A DNA stretch of 64,000 bases from Clostridia bacterium (GCA_016292635.1 JAEDIC010000001.1:67275-131274), one strand, 5' to 3'. Counted from the stretch's first letter, positions 27,711-37,899 are shown. A program made the numbers and translations. Notes: a model not told the origin generated them from the letters alone.

Positions 27711-30700
27711 TATTCTCATAGAGGTCAGCCTCTATTCCGCCGTAATCACGGCCTTCATGCTGCTGTTTCGGGCGGTGTTCAAAAAGCGCATTTCCCCCAA
27801 AGTGCAGTATGCAATGTGGCTGCTGCTGGTGCTGCGGCTGATGCTGCCCGTCACCATCGAAAGCGGCTTCTATATTGAAAACATACTGCCGGAGCGCCCC
27901 GCCCCTGTGGTACAGCAGGAAAGTGTTTTTGAAATAGAAGCCCCTGTGATAGATGCTGCTCCTGTGATAATTAAGCCTGCCACCGATGTACAAATTGATA
28001 ACACATGGACTCCCGAGGAGAGCTCTCCCGCCATCCCACAGAAGATGCCCGAAAGTGCACCTTCGGCAGTTCCCGAAGAAATCGAACCTGCCCATGATAT
28101 CAACTGGCGCCTTGTGGCCTTCTGGGTATGGGCAGCGGGAGCAATGATATTCAGCATATGGATGATGATAGTAAAGCTGCGTTTTTACGAGGATATGCAG
28201 CGGCACACCACCTCCGTGTCTCCCCGAGTATACGCCATATATGACGAATGTTGTGCTGCCCTCAATGTAAAGCCCCTCACCATGTGGGCGGTGGACAGAG
28301 CCATATCCCCCGGCATAGCCTTCTTCACATACCCTGTGCTGCTGCTCCCCGCCTCCATGGACGGGGACGAGGATAAACTTCGCTATGCTTTTCTCCACGA
28401 GCTGACACACAAAAAGCGGTATGATCACTATATGACCGTGCTCTTGAACGTGTTGCGTATACTGTATTGGTTCAATCCTGCGGTGCACATCGGCTTTGCC
28501 GAGATGCGTGCCGATATGGAGACCGCCTGCGACGCTGATGTTATCGCATTCGTAGGCAAGGAACAGAAGCGGGGCTATCTCACAGCCATTTTGGAGCTGT
28601 TCTCCTACGCCACCCGCCCCCAGCTGGGCATGAGCCAGGCAAGCTCCCGCCGCATGGCAAAGCGCCGCATGAAGGGTACGTTCATGCGGGAGCGCACCAC
28701 CTTCCTTGGCAGGGCTGCGGCGCTGATGCTTGCGGCAATAATGCTGGTTGGCTGCTTCACCACGGCGTGCCAGAGCGCGCCTGTTGGGGTGGAAGAACCC
28801 CCCGAGTTTGAGGCTGTTGACACCCAAACAGAGCCCCTTATCGATATAGACGGCGACGGCATTGAAGATACCATCATCGTCGATACAGATAATACATCCG
28901 ATAAAAACTTCGACCCTGAAAACGCAAAGGCCACCTTAACGGTCGAACTTGGCAGCGGGGAAACAATAACCCGGGAAATCCCCGGCTGGTGGCAGAATGC
29001 AGAATACCACACCGCTGACTTCGACTCTGACAACAGAACCGACATTGCCCTTATGCTATGGGCAGGCGGCAGCAACTATGATGCAACCAACGTATACGTT
29101 TACCATATGGGAAACAGCAAGCTCACAGAGCTTGCAAAGAACGTCATTACAAATGACGCCATCACCTATGACCAGAGCAAATATTCTGCTTTAAACGGCG
29201 AAAACACCCATTGGGTAAGCGGCGGCACAGTAATAAAGGACGTCGAAAAAACCGCGCTGCGGCTGCGCCAAATCCTCGATTATGACCCCGGCGCAGGGAT
29301 AACCACCGCATATTACACCAATTTGGTATGGAACGGCAACGGCTGGCTCATAGAAAGCATGGAAATAGGCGAAGCCTTTGGGGAGGAGCAGGTTTATCCC
29401 GATACTCTGCAATATGCGCCGGCGATCCCCGACCCCATCGACACCCTTTCCGACATGGACCTGCTCATATATTCCTCGCTGACAAACAGCAGCAAGGCTT
29501 ACGCCCTGCCCCGCACCCTCAGTGGCAACGATCTTTCCACAAGCATATGGGATAATATTCTGCTGACTGTAAATGACAGATATTTTGACGGGAAGCCCTA
29601 CGATGCGGCAGGTGCGGCATATAACGTGGTAGCTGTAAGTCTTGACAAAGAGGGAAATATAGATGTATATCTGATTTTCACATATCGTCAATATATAATT
29701 TTGAATGATGAATTGTCTGTGGATGGCGAACTGAACTGTGCTGTTATTTGGCACTATAAGGAAAATGAAAACGGAGAAATAGAGTTTGTTCGCGTAACAT
29801 GGCCCGAAAAAGATGGCGACGGATACGCAAGCTCCATCAAAAAAAACTGGCCCGAAGATTTGCAGAAATATGCTGAATTTTCGCCTGATTCCATTGGCCG
29901 CGCAGAGCGCCTGAAAGCTATAGATGAGCAGATAGCCATTTCAATGGATAATACCACAAACGTAGGCTCTCTCCTTGGCATCATAACCTCAAGCCCCAAG
30001 GGGTCCTCTGCCCGTATTGACTACATCAACGAGCATGTGGGCGAATACGGTCAGCTTTGCGCCATGGGCCGCAGGGCAGTGGGCCATTTTATGCCCAGGT
30101 TTGAGAAGGGCTACGAAACAGGTTTGGAAGGGCAGATAATGGCCGCGGTGCTCAACGCCCTTACCGGTATAGGCTTGGTTTACGATCATGCCAACGGACA
30201 GGAGTGGTACGATGCCAACAGGAATGAAATTCTGGCATATATGAGATTGGCGGATGAAAAAGCCGCCCTCCGTGATGCCATACTCAGGCTGTACCCGCTG
30301 GCGGATGAGATAGCCGAAAAGGGATTTGCCGCAATACCGGGGCAGGGCTGGCTTGAAGAAAGCAAAGCACTGTTCCAAACCGTTGGCTTGCGCCTTGCAG
30401 GTGCAGGTGGGGCGGTGATGGACTACTTAGGTTATACCGTTGAGGCCCCCGATAAGTATTGCAGTAATGACCTTTGTCACATGTACGCCGCAGTGCTGTT
30501 CGCCGTCGTTCCGAATCTCTATGAGATAGACATTGGCAATTCCGACTATATCACATACAACACCTATCTGGACGAGGAGCATGAACATCTCCTTGCCACC
30601 GCCGTTGGCGATGTAATCTCTCGAGAGGATGCGGAAAAGCACTGGGCAGGCCTTACAAAGCCCCTTGAGGAATACGGCAGCAGCGGCAGCGGAATAAGGG

Positions 30701-31803
30701 AGCTGCTGCACACGATAGCTAAGCTGAGCGACGCGGAGTCTGTCGAAGCGGTGTCGCTGCAGCCCACGCCCGCCCTTAACGCGATAAACCCCGAATGGCA
30801 GAATGCTGAAAGGGTGTGCGCTCCCTTCAGCGAAACAGGAAAGCGGATAAACTTATCCTATTATGAAGTCTCCATAGATCTGAACAATACCAAGCGCACC
30901 CGCACAATGACGGAAAACAACGTGACGCCGGACCAGTTTGACAGGATGGACGAAGGGCGAACCCTGCTGTTGGTATACAGGGCATCGGCAGATGCAATAA
31001 ACGACAGCAGCAGGATGGAAGATTTATTCTTGCAGTTTGCCCGAATAAGCCGCTTCGAAACCGTCACGGAATTCATACAGCTTGACCACACGGCCTATTT
31101 CGGCACAGATTCCCCGGTTTATCGCATGGATAAGATGACCTCCGTTATGGATATTGCAGAGCCGGGCTGGGAGGATACCGCCTATACCACCTACTTTGTT
31201 TATCTTACTCCCCAGTGGGATTATAGGGGACAAACCCAGAGCCAAAATATCGTGCTGGGCTTCCGCTTTGTCAATGCAGTAAGGGGCGATACCGGCGGCT
31301 GGAAGCTGCTGCAAACTGAGACTGACTGCGAAAAGTGGATGGATACAGTGAAGTTTGGTGATGCATTCGCTGATGTACCCGTATTAACGCCCGCACCTGA
31401 GCCTACCCCCTCATCCGCCGCCCGTGCAAACGCCATAGTTGACAGGGCTGAACAGCTGATAGGTAAGAAGTACGAAATAGACGCATACGGCCCCGAAACC
31501 TTTGATAGTGCCGGATTTGTATACTATGTGCTGACAAGTGAAGGCGTTAAGCTGACAAAGCAAAGCTGCCAGAAATATTCCAATAACGAAAGCTGGCAGA
31601 AAATAACCGATAAGGCAGACCTGCAGCCGGGCGATATATTGTTCTTCCACAGCAATGATTTCGCCGAAATAAACCATGCCGGCATTTACATCGGCGATAG
31701 CAAGATGATAGACGCATCCTCTTCCAATGGCAAAGTAACCGAGCGCAGCTGCGATACATCCTACTGGAACAAACACTTTGCCTTTGCAAGGCGGGTATCA
31801 TAA
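27694..31803 (+). CDS. BlaR1-like M56 membrane metalloprotease/sensor fused to an extracytoplasmic region of about 1000 aa that ends in an NlpC/P60-like domain.
   Basis: N-terminal TM helices, HELTHKKRYDH (HExxH), and a further TM (AALMLAAIMLVGCF). DxDxDG-like segments (DIDGDGIEDT, DFDSDNRTD). The C-terminus reads FDSAGFVYY..PGDILFF..NHAGIYIG. Confidence 0.8.
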   Translation: MERIVDILIEVSLYSAVITAFMLLFRAVFKKRISPKVQYAMWLLLVLRLMLPVTIESGFYIENILPERPAPVVQQESVFEIEAPVIDAAPVIIKPATDVQIDNTWTPEESSPAIPQKMPESAPSAVPEEIEPAHDINWRLVAFWVWAAGAMIFSIWMMIVKLRFYEDMQRHTTSVSPRVYAIYDECCAALNVKPLTMWAVDRAISPGIAFFTYPVLLLPASMDGDEDKLRYAFLHELTHKKRYDHYMTVLLNVLRILYWFNPAVHIGFAEMRADMETACDADVIAFVGKEQKRGYLTAILELFSYATRPQLGMSQASSRRMAKRRMKGTFMRERTTFLGRAAALMLAAIMLVGCFTTACQSAPVGVEEPPEFEAVDTQTEPLIDIDGDGIEDTIIVDTDNTSDKNFDPENAKATLTVELGSGETITREIPGWWQNAEYHTADFDSDNRTDIALMLWAGGSNYDATNVYVYHMGNSKLTELAKNVITNDAITYDQSKYSALNGENTHWVSGGTVIKDVEKTALRLRQILDYDPGAGITTAYYTNLVWNGNGWLIESMEIGEAFGEEQVYPDTLQYAPAIPDPIDTLSDMDLLIYSSLTNSSKAYALPRTLSGNDLSTSIWDNILLTVNDRYFDGKPYDAAGAAYNVVAVSLDKEGNIDVYLIFTYRQYIILNDELSVDGELNCAVIWHYKENENGEIEFVRVTWPEKDGDGYASSIKKNWPEDLQKYAEFSPDSIGRAERLKAIDEQIAISMDNTTNVGSLLGIITSSPKGSSARIDYINEHVGEYGQLCAMGRRAVGHFMPRFEKGYETGLEGQIMAAVLNALTGIGLVYDHANGQEWYDANRNEILAYMRLADEKAALRDAILRLYPLADEIAEKGFAAIPGQGWLEESKALFQTVGLRLAGAGGAVMDYLGYTVEAPDKYCSNDLCHMYAAVLFAVVPNLYEIDIGNSDYITYNTYLDEEHEHLLATAVGDVISREDAEKHWAGLTKPLEEYGSSGSGIRELLHTIAKLSDAESVEAVSLQPTPALNAINPEWQNAERVCAPFSETGKRINLSYYEVSIDLNNTKRTRTMTENNVTPDQFDRMDEGRTLLLVYRASADAINDSSRMEDLFLQFARISRFETVTEFIQLDHTAYFGTDSPVYRMDKMTSVMDIAEPGWEDTAYTTYFVYLTPQWDYRGQTQSQNIVLGFRFVNAVRGDTGGWKLLQTETDCEKWMDTVKFGDAFADVPVLTPAPEPTPSSAARANAIVDRAEQLIGKKYEIDAYGPETFDSAGFVYYVLTSEGVKLTKQSCQKYSNNESWQKITDKADLQPGDILFFHSNDFAEINHAGIYIGDSKMIDASSSNGKVTERSCDTSYWNKHFAFARRVS

Positions 31804-31814
31804 CAGAAACACAC

Positions 31815-31846
31815 AATGCCCCGTCCTGAAAATAACGGGGCATTTT
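31815..31846 (+). terminator. Intrinsic terminator.
   Basis: AATGCCCCGT-N10-ACGGGGCATT followed by TT. Confidence 0.7.
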
Positions 31847-32086
31847 CATGTCATAAAGCTGAAATGGTTACAGTTTGGCAACATTTTCAGCTTTAAATTC
31901 ATGTTAAAATGTGTATAACACAACATAATATTTGTTTTGCATTTTTCTCTTGTCATAAAAAACTACGATTTTTAAACATTCGCTGTCATATTTTACCCCT
32001 CTTTTCTCTCTCATTAGTGTGGAGTAATATCCATTTCTGCAAAAATAATTGGCAGTGCTTTCTTCTGCCAAAGAAAGTGTATCGGG

Positions 32087-32611
32087 ATGAACAAGCCGGA
32101 ACTAATAAAACACTTTGGAAAACACCATAACGAGCTGATGCTGTATGCCCTGAAGCTGACAGGCAGTATGCAGGACGCCGAGGATCTTGTAAGCGACCTA
32201 TGTGTGATCATCTTAGAGCGGCATGATGACGCGGAAGAGGTTCGCTTCCCCTTGGCGTTTTTCAGGACATGCCTTCGCAATCTGTTTTACGGCAGCACCA
32301 ACAAAGCACGCCGCCTTGTGGTTGTCGACCCAACAGATTCTTCCCTGGAATCAATAGTATCTGATAACTCTGAAGATATGGAAGCGGTGGACTTTTTGCT
32401 GGGCTTGAATAAGCGATTGGCCCAGTACCCGCCCGATCTTGCCGAGGCCTTCTGCATGAGGTATCTGGATGGCTATCCGCTGCAGGAAGTAGCGCGCAAA
32501 ATAGGAGTCCCTGCCAACACATTGGCTCAGAAGTTCAAACGCCTGCGAGGCTCTCTGGCAAAATCCGGCCCTGATTTCTGGCTGATGACGCTAATGTTCC
32601 ATTGCAAATGA
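32087..32611 (+). CDS. ECF-type RNA polymerase sigma factor.
   Basis: Region 2-like N-terminus and region 4 YLDGYPLQEVARKIGVPANTLAQKFKRLR. Confidence 0.8.
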   Translation: MNKPELIKHFGKHHNELMLYALKLTGSMQDAEDLVSDLCVIILERHDDAEEVRFPLAFFRTCLRNLFYGSTNKARRLVVVDPTDSSLESIVSDNSEDMEAVDFLLGLNKRLAQYPPDLAEAFCMRYLDGYPLQEVARKIGVPANTLAQKFKRLRGSLAKSGPDFWLMTLMFHCK

Positions 32612-32630
32612 TAAGAAAGGAGTCCGAAAA

Positions 32631-33482
32631 ATGCGCGAGCGCAAATTCGCAGAATTGATAGCCAACTATCCTAACCTTGTGGACGGGCGTTTTGCCATAA
32701 GCCACGCACAGGCTCAGGCTATAATAGATGAACGCGGCGGCTTTCCTACGCTGGAAGAAACAATACTTAACGCAAAAAAACGTTCAAACCTGCCCGACAG
32801 CGTATGGGAAGCCTTTGACGGCCTATTGATGCATAAAAAAGCCCATACATCACATAGCGAAAGCACTTCCGATGGCCGTTCATTCTTTAAAGCTCATCCC
32901 ATACTCGCAGTCACTCTTGCAATTATACTGGCCCTGGTATCATTCTTTACCGTTACTCCATACGGCCGGGCTATGGCAAGTGAACTTCATGACTTTGTAT
33001 TGGAATTTCACCACGGCGGCTATACTGTAACCCCCCTATCCGAAGTTGGCAAAACCGTTATACCGGCAAAACCAGCTCCTCCAAATATAGGTGAAACGGT
33101 ATATTCAACCTACGATGAGCTTCAGGCAGATACGGATTATGTTATATATCGTCCGGATTACACCGACGGCATGACGCAGGATTATCTTAAATTGGCAACG
33201 GAATACGCAGGAATTGTTCATTATGCAGTATTCCACGATTCACAGGAACGCTACATTACTATTATACAGAATTTGGAAATATGGACCACATATTATGGCT
33301 TTGCTACTCCCGGCAGCGAGGAATGGGATGGTTATTTGGCCGATGGCACTCCGATGCATTGCAGTCTGGACAGCATTGACGGCTCGCTGTGCGCTGTGGG
33401 TGAATGGAACGATACCTTCCTGACGATATATGTGCAAGACGGCATCGATTACAGCAATATTATTTTCGAAAAGAAGCCGTAG
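32631..33482 (+). CDS. Putative single-pass anti-sigma factor.
   Basis: Position immediately after the sigma gene. Cytoplasmic N-terminus, one TM (ILAVTLAIILALVSFFTV), and an extracytoplasmic C-terminus. No recognisable zinc motif. Confidence 0.45.
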   Translation: MRERKFAELIANYPNLVDGRFAISHAQAQAIIDERGGFPTLEETILNAKKRSNLPDSVWEAFDGLLMHKKAHTSHSESTSDGRSFFKAHPILAVTLAIILALVSFFTVTPYGRAMASELHDFVLEFHHGGYTVTPLSEVGKTVIPAKPAPPNIGETVYSTYDELQADTDYVIYRPDYTDGMTQDYLKLATEYAGIVHYAVFHDSQERYITIIQNLEIWTTYYGFATPGSEEWDGYLADGTPMHCSLDSIDGSLCAVGEWNDTFLTIYVQDGIDYSNIIFEKKP

Positions 33483-33501
33483 TCAGTAAAGGAGCAGCCC
33501 T

Positions 33502-33957
33502 GTGATGAAGCATATTAAAAGCAAAAAGAATTTGATTATATTGATATCAATCGGGGCGCTTATGCTGCTGTTATTCGCTTACTTACATCGCTTTAGGGCC
33601 ATAAGTCAGATGATATCTTTGGATAACGTGCAGGAAGTTTCGGTATTCAATGGAAACAGATACTATTTCACAGACGAAGAAGGGCAGGGCGTGCTGAATC
33701 GGTTGGATGAAATTCCGGTGAATAAATGCGTAGTCACTCGTCCCAGACGACCGTCACCGCCGGGCTGGCAGTATCAAATAGGAATACACTATAATGACGG
33801 AACTCGTACAAGCATAGTGTTTGTAAGCGCCGGTGTTATTGAGATTTATCCTCAGGATAAGGAAAAATTCCGCATCTCAGGAAATATCCGGGAAGAGTAT
33901 GTGGCATTTGCAGAATATGTCCATGGCTTAGCCGGGTGGCAGTGGAACTGGAAGTAA
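33502..33957 (+). CDS. Membrane-anchored hypothetical protein.
   Basis: N-terminal TM (LIILISIGALMLLLFAYL). Same strand with tight spacing. Confidence 0.5.
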   Translation: MMKHIKSKKNLIILISIGALMLLLFAYLHRFRAISQMISLDNVQEVSVFNGNRYYFTDEEGQGVLNRLDEIPVNKCVVTRPRRPSPPGWQYQIGIHYNDGTRTSIVFVSAGVIEIYPQDKEKFRISGNIREEYVAFAEYVHGLAGWQWNWK

Positions 33958-34006
33958 GAAAAAACGCAAGCGCAGCCACAGAGATGACATATAAAAAGGA
34001 GGCCAT

Positions 34007-34435
34007 ATGTTTTACAGCCATATTTTTAAACTCAACATCGGAAAGGCAGCAAAATACCTGCTGCTGTTCATTGACAGCCTGGTTTTCGTCTCTTTAATAA
34101 TGTATGCAGCACATCTGACTATAACCCTGTTTTACAAGATGCCCCCCGTAGAGCCCATCTCTTTTGCAGCCAGATCTATTGCCTTCGCACTTGTATATAC
34201 AACAAGATTCGCCAAAGAGCCACCCGCAAAGTCAGAAAAGCCACGGTTTTCCCGTGTGCTTCCGGGTTGTTTGATCACGGGATTTATAGTAGGATTCGTA
34301 ATCAGCCTCAGCTCAAGAGCTGTAGCGCTGTTTACGGGCTATATTTCTATGATTGGCCTTTGCCTTACAAGCGCCTTGTTGATGATATGCGTTTACTATC
34401 TCTATCGGTTCATCAACAAAAGGAGCGCATCATGA
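34007..34435 (+). CDS. Multi-pass membrane protein, hypothetical.
   Basis: Four hydrophobic segments. ATGA stop/start overlap with the next gene. Confidence 0.5.
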   Translation: MFYSHIFKLNIGKAAKYLLLFIDSLVFVSLIMYAAHLTITLFYKMPPVEPISFAARSIAFALVYTTRFAKEPPAKSEKPRFSRVLPGCLITGFIVGFVISLSSRAVALFTGYISMIGLCLTSALLMICVYYLYRFINKRSAS

Positions 34436-35673
34436 AAAAGCATCTGTATCAAATTCTATCCTGCGGCATCATCTTAATACTATGCCTCGCTTTACTGTGC
34501 ACTGCATGCGTTGCAAAATCCGAAGAACAGTTTGTGAGCCCTGAATCCGACGGCATAGTTGGTATTCTTGAACGCCCGGATCTGTCGGAAGATATGCTCA
34601 CGAATAACTACATCATGGTGTATGACGGATATTTGCTTCAGCTTACACCCAAAGAATACTCCTTTATCTTAAGCGGAGAGGAATCGCAGGTGCTGGCCAC
34701 CAACCCGGACTGGGACAGAATGGATGCACTATCATACAAATTCGGTCCCTACACAATCGAGAATAACGTCATTGTTGACGACCCATTTGCACCCAAATCC
34801 GATTACACATTTCCCCCAGAAAACATAGTAGAACTCCAATGGGCGCTGGACAAGGCAGGCCTGAACTGGAGTATACAGGACGATGATACACAGCCTGCAA
34901 ATCTTCAGCCCGATCCCTTTGCCATACACAGCATAACAAGCGCAGATGGCTTGGTTAACGCCTCCATAAACATGCGCTATTACATGCCGCCGGATGACAG
35001 GACCGCCAGCATAACCTTTGCGTATAATGAGCAAACCGCCGAGGATATTCTCCGCTTTGAGCAAAACGACTGGCCTTTGATATGGCAGCTTGCAGGGATA
35101 TTGTTTGAATGTCCCGAGGAAATCCAAGCGCTTTACCAACAGTGGGATGCCGATTTCGAAAAAGAAGAGGAAGGCATCACAGGGGATTCCCTAATATGGA
35201 ACGGCCAAGAGGGGGATGTACACTGTCAGGTGGTGTTCACATGGCATCCCATGCTTGAAATGTACGTTCCGGATGGAATACATCTCGACAATCCCCTTTC
35301 CTATGAAGCGGCCGCTGCCTCCGCAGCTTACAAGTATCCGGTATCCGCAGATGAGCTCAATGACATGATGTCTCTTTACGATTGGAACTGGAAGGCCGAT
35401 AAAGACGCATACGGAGCCAACAGTTATCAAGGCTTGGTTGCAGGCGAACCTGACGTAATGTTCTTTACTGAAATCGTCCCCATCGTTAATGACAAAATTG
35501 GAATGGGATTCGCTAATATGCATTGTTATTCCGGAAGCAAGCTGTCGACGGAAGCGATGAACGAGATCTCAGCATCAACCTTGCCATTCAGCCCTTCGCC
35601 GCAACAGAGGAGCAACTGCAGGCTTTCTGCGAAACGGATGTTCCCGCAGTATATGCCCTCTCCGGAAAGCTAA
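34432..35673 (+). CDS. Lipoprotein, hypothetical. Its 3' end is probably frameshifted.
   Basis: MKKHLYQILSCGIILILCLALLCTAC lipobox. The last ~50 codons (from about 35520) are Ser/Pro-rich and look out of frame. Confidence 0.6.
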   Translation: MKKHLYQILSCGIILILCLALLCTACVAKSEEQFVSPESDGIVGILERPDLSEDMLTNNYIMVYDGYLLQLTPKEYSFILSGEESQVLATNPDWDRMDALSYKFGPYTIENNVIVDDPFAPKSDYTFPPENIVELQWALDKAGLNWSIQDDDTQPANLQPDPFAIHSITSADGLVNASINMRYYMPPDDRTASITFAYNEQTAEDILRFEQNDWPLIWQLAGILFECPEEIQALYQQWDADFEKEEEGITGDSLIWNGQEGDVHCQVVFTWHPMLEMYVPDGIHLDNPLSYEAAAASAAYKYPVSADELNDMMSLYDWNWKADKDAYGANSYQGLVAGEPDVMFFTEIVPIVNDKIGMGFANMHCYSGSKLSTEAMNEISASTLPFSPSPQQRSNCRLSAKRMFPQYMPSPES

Positions 35674-36251
35674 TGGCTGATTCTGACTCCGTTACACTTA
35701 TGGAAAATATGGCGCAGGAGATACTTCCCGGACTGAAATACGATGGCATCAACACAGTTTCATTCCTGAATCACAACAATGACGCATACTGTCAAAGCGA
35801 TTATATTTGGAATGAAACCATAGGCGAATACATATTTACCTCTTTTACCATAACCAAAAGCGAAAAGTACCTTTCAAGGGATATGCGAACCTTCGCCTCA
35901 CACTTCCCTTTTTACGACTGGACTGATACTGCCTGTACAATACAAGAAATGACCGCTCAGGCTTCCGATGAGGGGAAATTCCTTGCAGCAGGTACGCTTG
36001 TTGACATCCGCCCCATAGGCAAAGATGTCTATTACAGCCTTGCCGCTAAGGGCCTTGTAGCAGGAACTGCTTATGAGGCCACTCTTGTAGACGAAACCGG
36101 AGAGGTTAAAGTGAGGATTTTGCCAAACATGCTGAACGAAGAGGAACTCAGCATGGAACTCCTTCACATGGTAAGCTGCCGCATAGAGGACGGTACCCCC
36201 GTATTTACCATTGAAAAAAGTGCCCTTCCTGAGGCACAGTTGCTTTTGTAG
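35523..36251 (+). CDS. Hypothetical protein, probably the continuation of 34432..35673 in the -1 frame.
   Basis: This frame reads protein-like from 35517 (YALLFRKQAVDGSDERDLSINLAIQPFAATEEQLQAF). An internal ATG at 35673 overlaps the upstream stop as TAATG. Confidence 0.45.
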   Translation: MLFRKQAVDGSDERDLSINLAIQPFAATEEQLQAFCETDVPAVYALSGKLMADSDSVTLMENMAQEILPGLKYDGINTVSFLNHNNDAYCQSDYIWNETIGEYIFTSFTITKSEKYLSRDMRTFASHFPFYDWTDTACTIQEMTAQASDEGKFLAAGTLVDIRPIGKDVYYSLAAKGLVAGTAYEATLVDETGEVKVRILPNMLNEEELSMELLHMVSCRIEDGTPVFTIEKSALPEAQLLL

Positions 36252-36280
36252 ATTCTTGACACGGAGGATAGGATCAAAGA

Positions 36281-37594
36281 GTGAAGACACGAGATGGAAT
36301 CAAAAAATCTTTCTTGTGGGTTTGTTTACTGCTTGTATTGATAGTGGGAATCAATCAAATCCACAAAAAGAATCTGGGGCGTGATATAGATGCCCTGAAT
36401 ATCGATGCTGTGCTTCCATCCGTGAGGTTGATTGCGGCAGGTGAGGCTACCCATGGCAACCGGGAGACTGCTTTGGTATGGAAGGAGCTGCTGATGCGGC
36501 TTGTGGAGGAACATGGTTGCCGGGCTTTTATACTGGAAACCTCCTTTGGAGACGCTGAGAAAATCAACCAATATCTCCTAAATGATTCGGGAACAGCTGA
36601 GGAATGTGTATTCCAGATAGATGCCGGTCCATACCGAACCGAAGAGATGGTGGATTTGCTCCAATGGATTCATGATTACAATCTGCTGGTGGAAGATCAC
36701 GAAAGGATTCGCTTTTATGGGATCGACATACAGCGTAATATAGACAGCAAAGAAGCGCTGCTCGCCTACATACAGCGCGCAGAACCAAAACACGTTTCGG
36801 CATATTATCCTATGCTGGGACAGAACAAGCCCCATGAAAGAGCAGATACGGAGTTATCTGCCGCCGATGTGACCACAGGGATGGAAAACAACAAGAGTCT
36901 TTATATAGAGCAAACTTCCGAACAGGAGTATATGCTGGCAAAGAGGCATGCTGATTGCATCCTAATGACAGAAGATTTGCTGCTTGCTGAAGGCGAAGCC
37001 CAATCCACCCTGCGTGATCGATACATGGCGGAAAATGTGCTATGGATATTGGAGCACGAAGCAGCCTATTATCAAAATTCTCACGCCCTGTTAGGCGCTC
37101 ATAACGGACACATTTTGCGGCAATCCAATTCCCCTCTGGCCTACGAAAAGCCTATGGGCCAATACTTAGGCGAGGCCCTTGGAAGTGATTATTACCCCAT
37201 TGGCCTGGAGACCAGGGAAAACACATTCTGGGCGTGGAAGCGGCGTATCCCCTGGGCATACCATGTTGAACGGAAAGGTTGGCTCATCGATTTGCTGGAC
37301 GACGCTTCCGGACAGGCAACTTTTGTGGATTTTTCCGATTACAATGATACTAACACCACCGCAATTCGAGGACAGGAATGGAATATAACAGGAATTGGCA
37401 GCGTCTACAGGCAGATTCAGAGCCTATATCCGGAATCCTCCGGCTTGCCGGTTCGCCTGGACGCGGCGTATTCCGCAATTCTCTTTTTACCTACAGCGAC
37501 TCCCTCGGCTTTGTTGGCCGGCAATAACATAACAATGGTTTTATTGGTTTCAGTGTTTGTTTTTCTATGCTGGCGAATTATGCGAAAAAAGTGA
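36281..37594 (+). CDS. Erythromycin-esterase-family protein with N- and C-terminal TM anchors.
   Basis: Motifs: AAGEATHGNRE, LGAHNGHI. Hydrophobic N-terminus (FLWVCLLLVLIVGI) and C-terminus (MVLLVSVFVFLCW). Confidence 0.75.
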   Translation: MKTRDGIKKSFLWVCLLLVLIVGINQIHKKNLGRDIDALNIDAVLPSVRLIAAGEATHGNRETALVWKELLMRLVEEHGCRAFILETSFGDAEKINQYLLNDSGTAEECVFQIDAGPYRTEEMVDLLQWIHDYNLLVEDHERIRFYGIDIQRNIDSKEALLAYIQRAEPKHVSAYYPMLGQNKPHERADTELSAADVTTGMENNKSLYIEQTSEQEYMLAKRHADCILMTEDLLLAEGEAQSTLRDRYMAENVLWILEHEAAYYQNSHALLGAHNGHILRQSNSPLAYEKPMGQYLGEALGSDYYPIGLETRENTFWAWKRRIPWAYHVERKGWLIDLLDDASGQATFVDFSDYNDTNTTAIRGQEWNITGIGSVYRQIQSLYPESSGLPVRLDAAYSAILFLPTATPSALLAGNNITMVLLVSVFVFLCWRIMRKK

Positions 37595-37731
37595 CGCTGT
37601 CCAATCAGTAGAAAACTACAAAGATAAACCAGAAGCCGAGAAAACAGCATCTACAATTAAGGGCGTATTTGCAAATGCGATATATCAATCGCTTGTCTCA
37701 GATAAAAGATATGTAATAGGGAGGTAAAACT

Positions 37732-37899
37732 ATGGAAGGCGGTCTTCTGTTAATAGTCTCATCAATAATTAATATTGTTTTGAAGATAGCACTGTTTGTG
37801 GCACTATTCTGCTTGATTATTTATCTTTTGAGAATAGCGCGATGGTTTATTGAACGACACGATGTACCGCCCCTGTTCAATATTAGGCGGAATAAATAA
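37732..37899 (+). CDS. Tiny membrane protein (55 aa). Not in the ORF track.
   Basis: GGAGG 6 nt before ATG 37732. MEGGLLLIVSSIINIVLKIALFVALFCLIIYLLRIARWFIERH. AT-rich context. Confidence 0.45.
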   Translation: MEGGLLLIVSSIINIVLKIALFVALFCLIIYLLRIARWFIERHDVPPLFNIRRNK

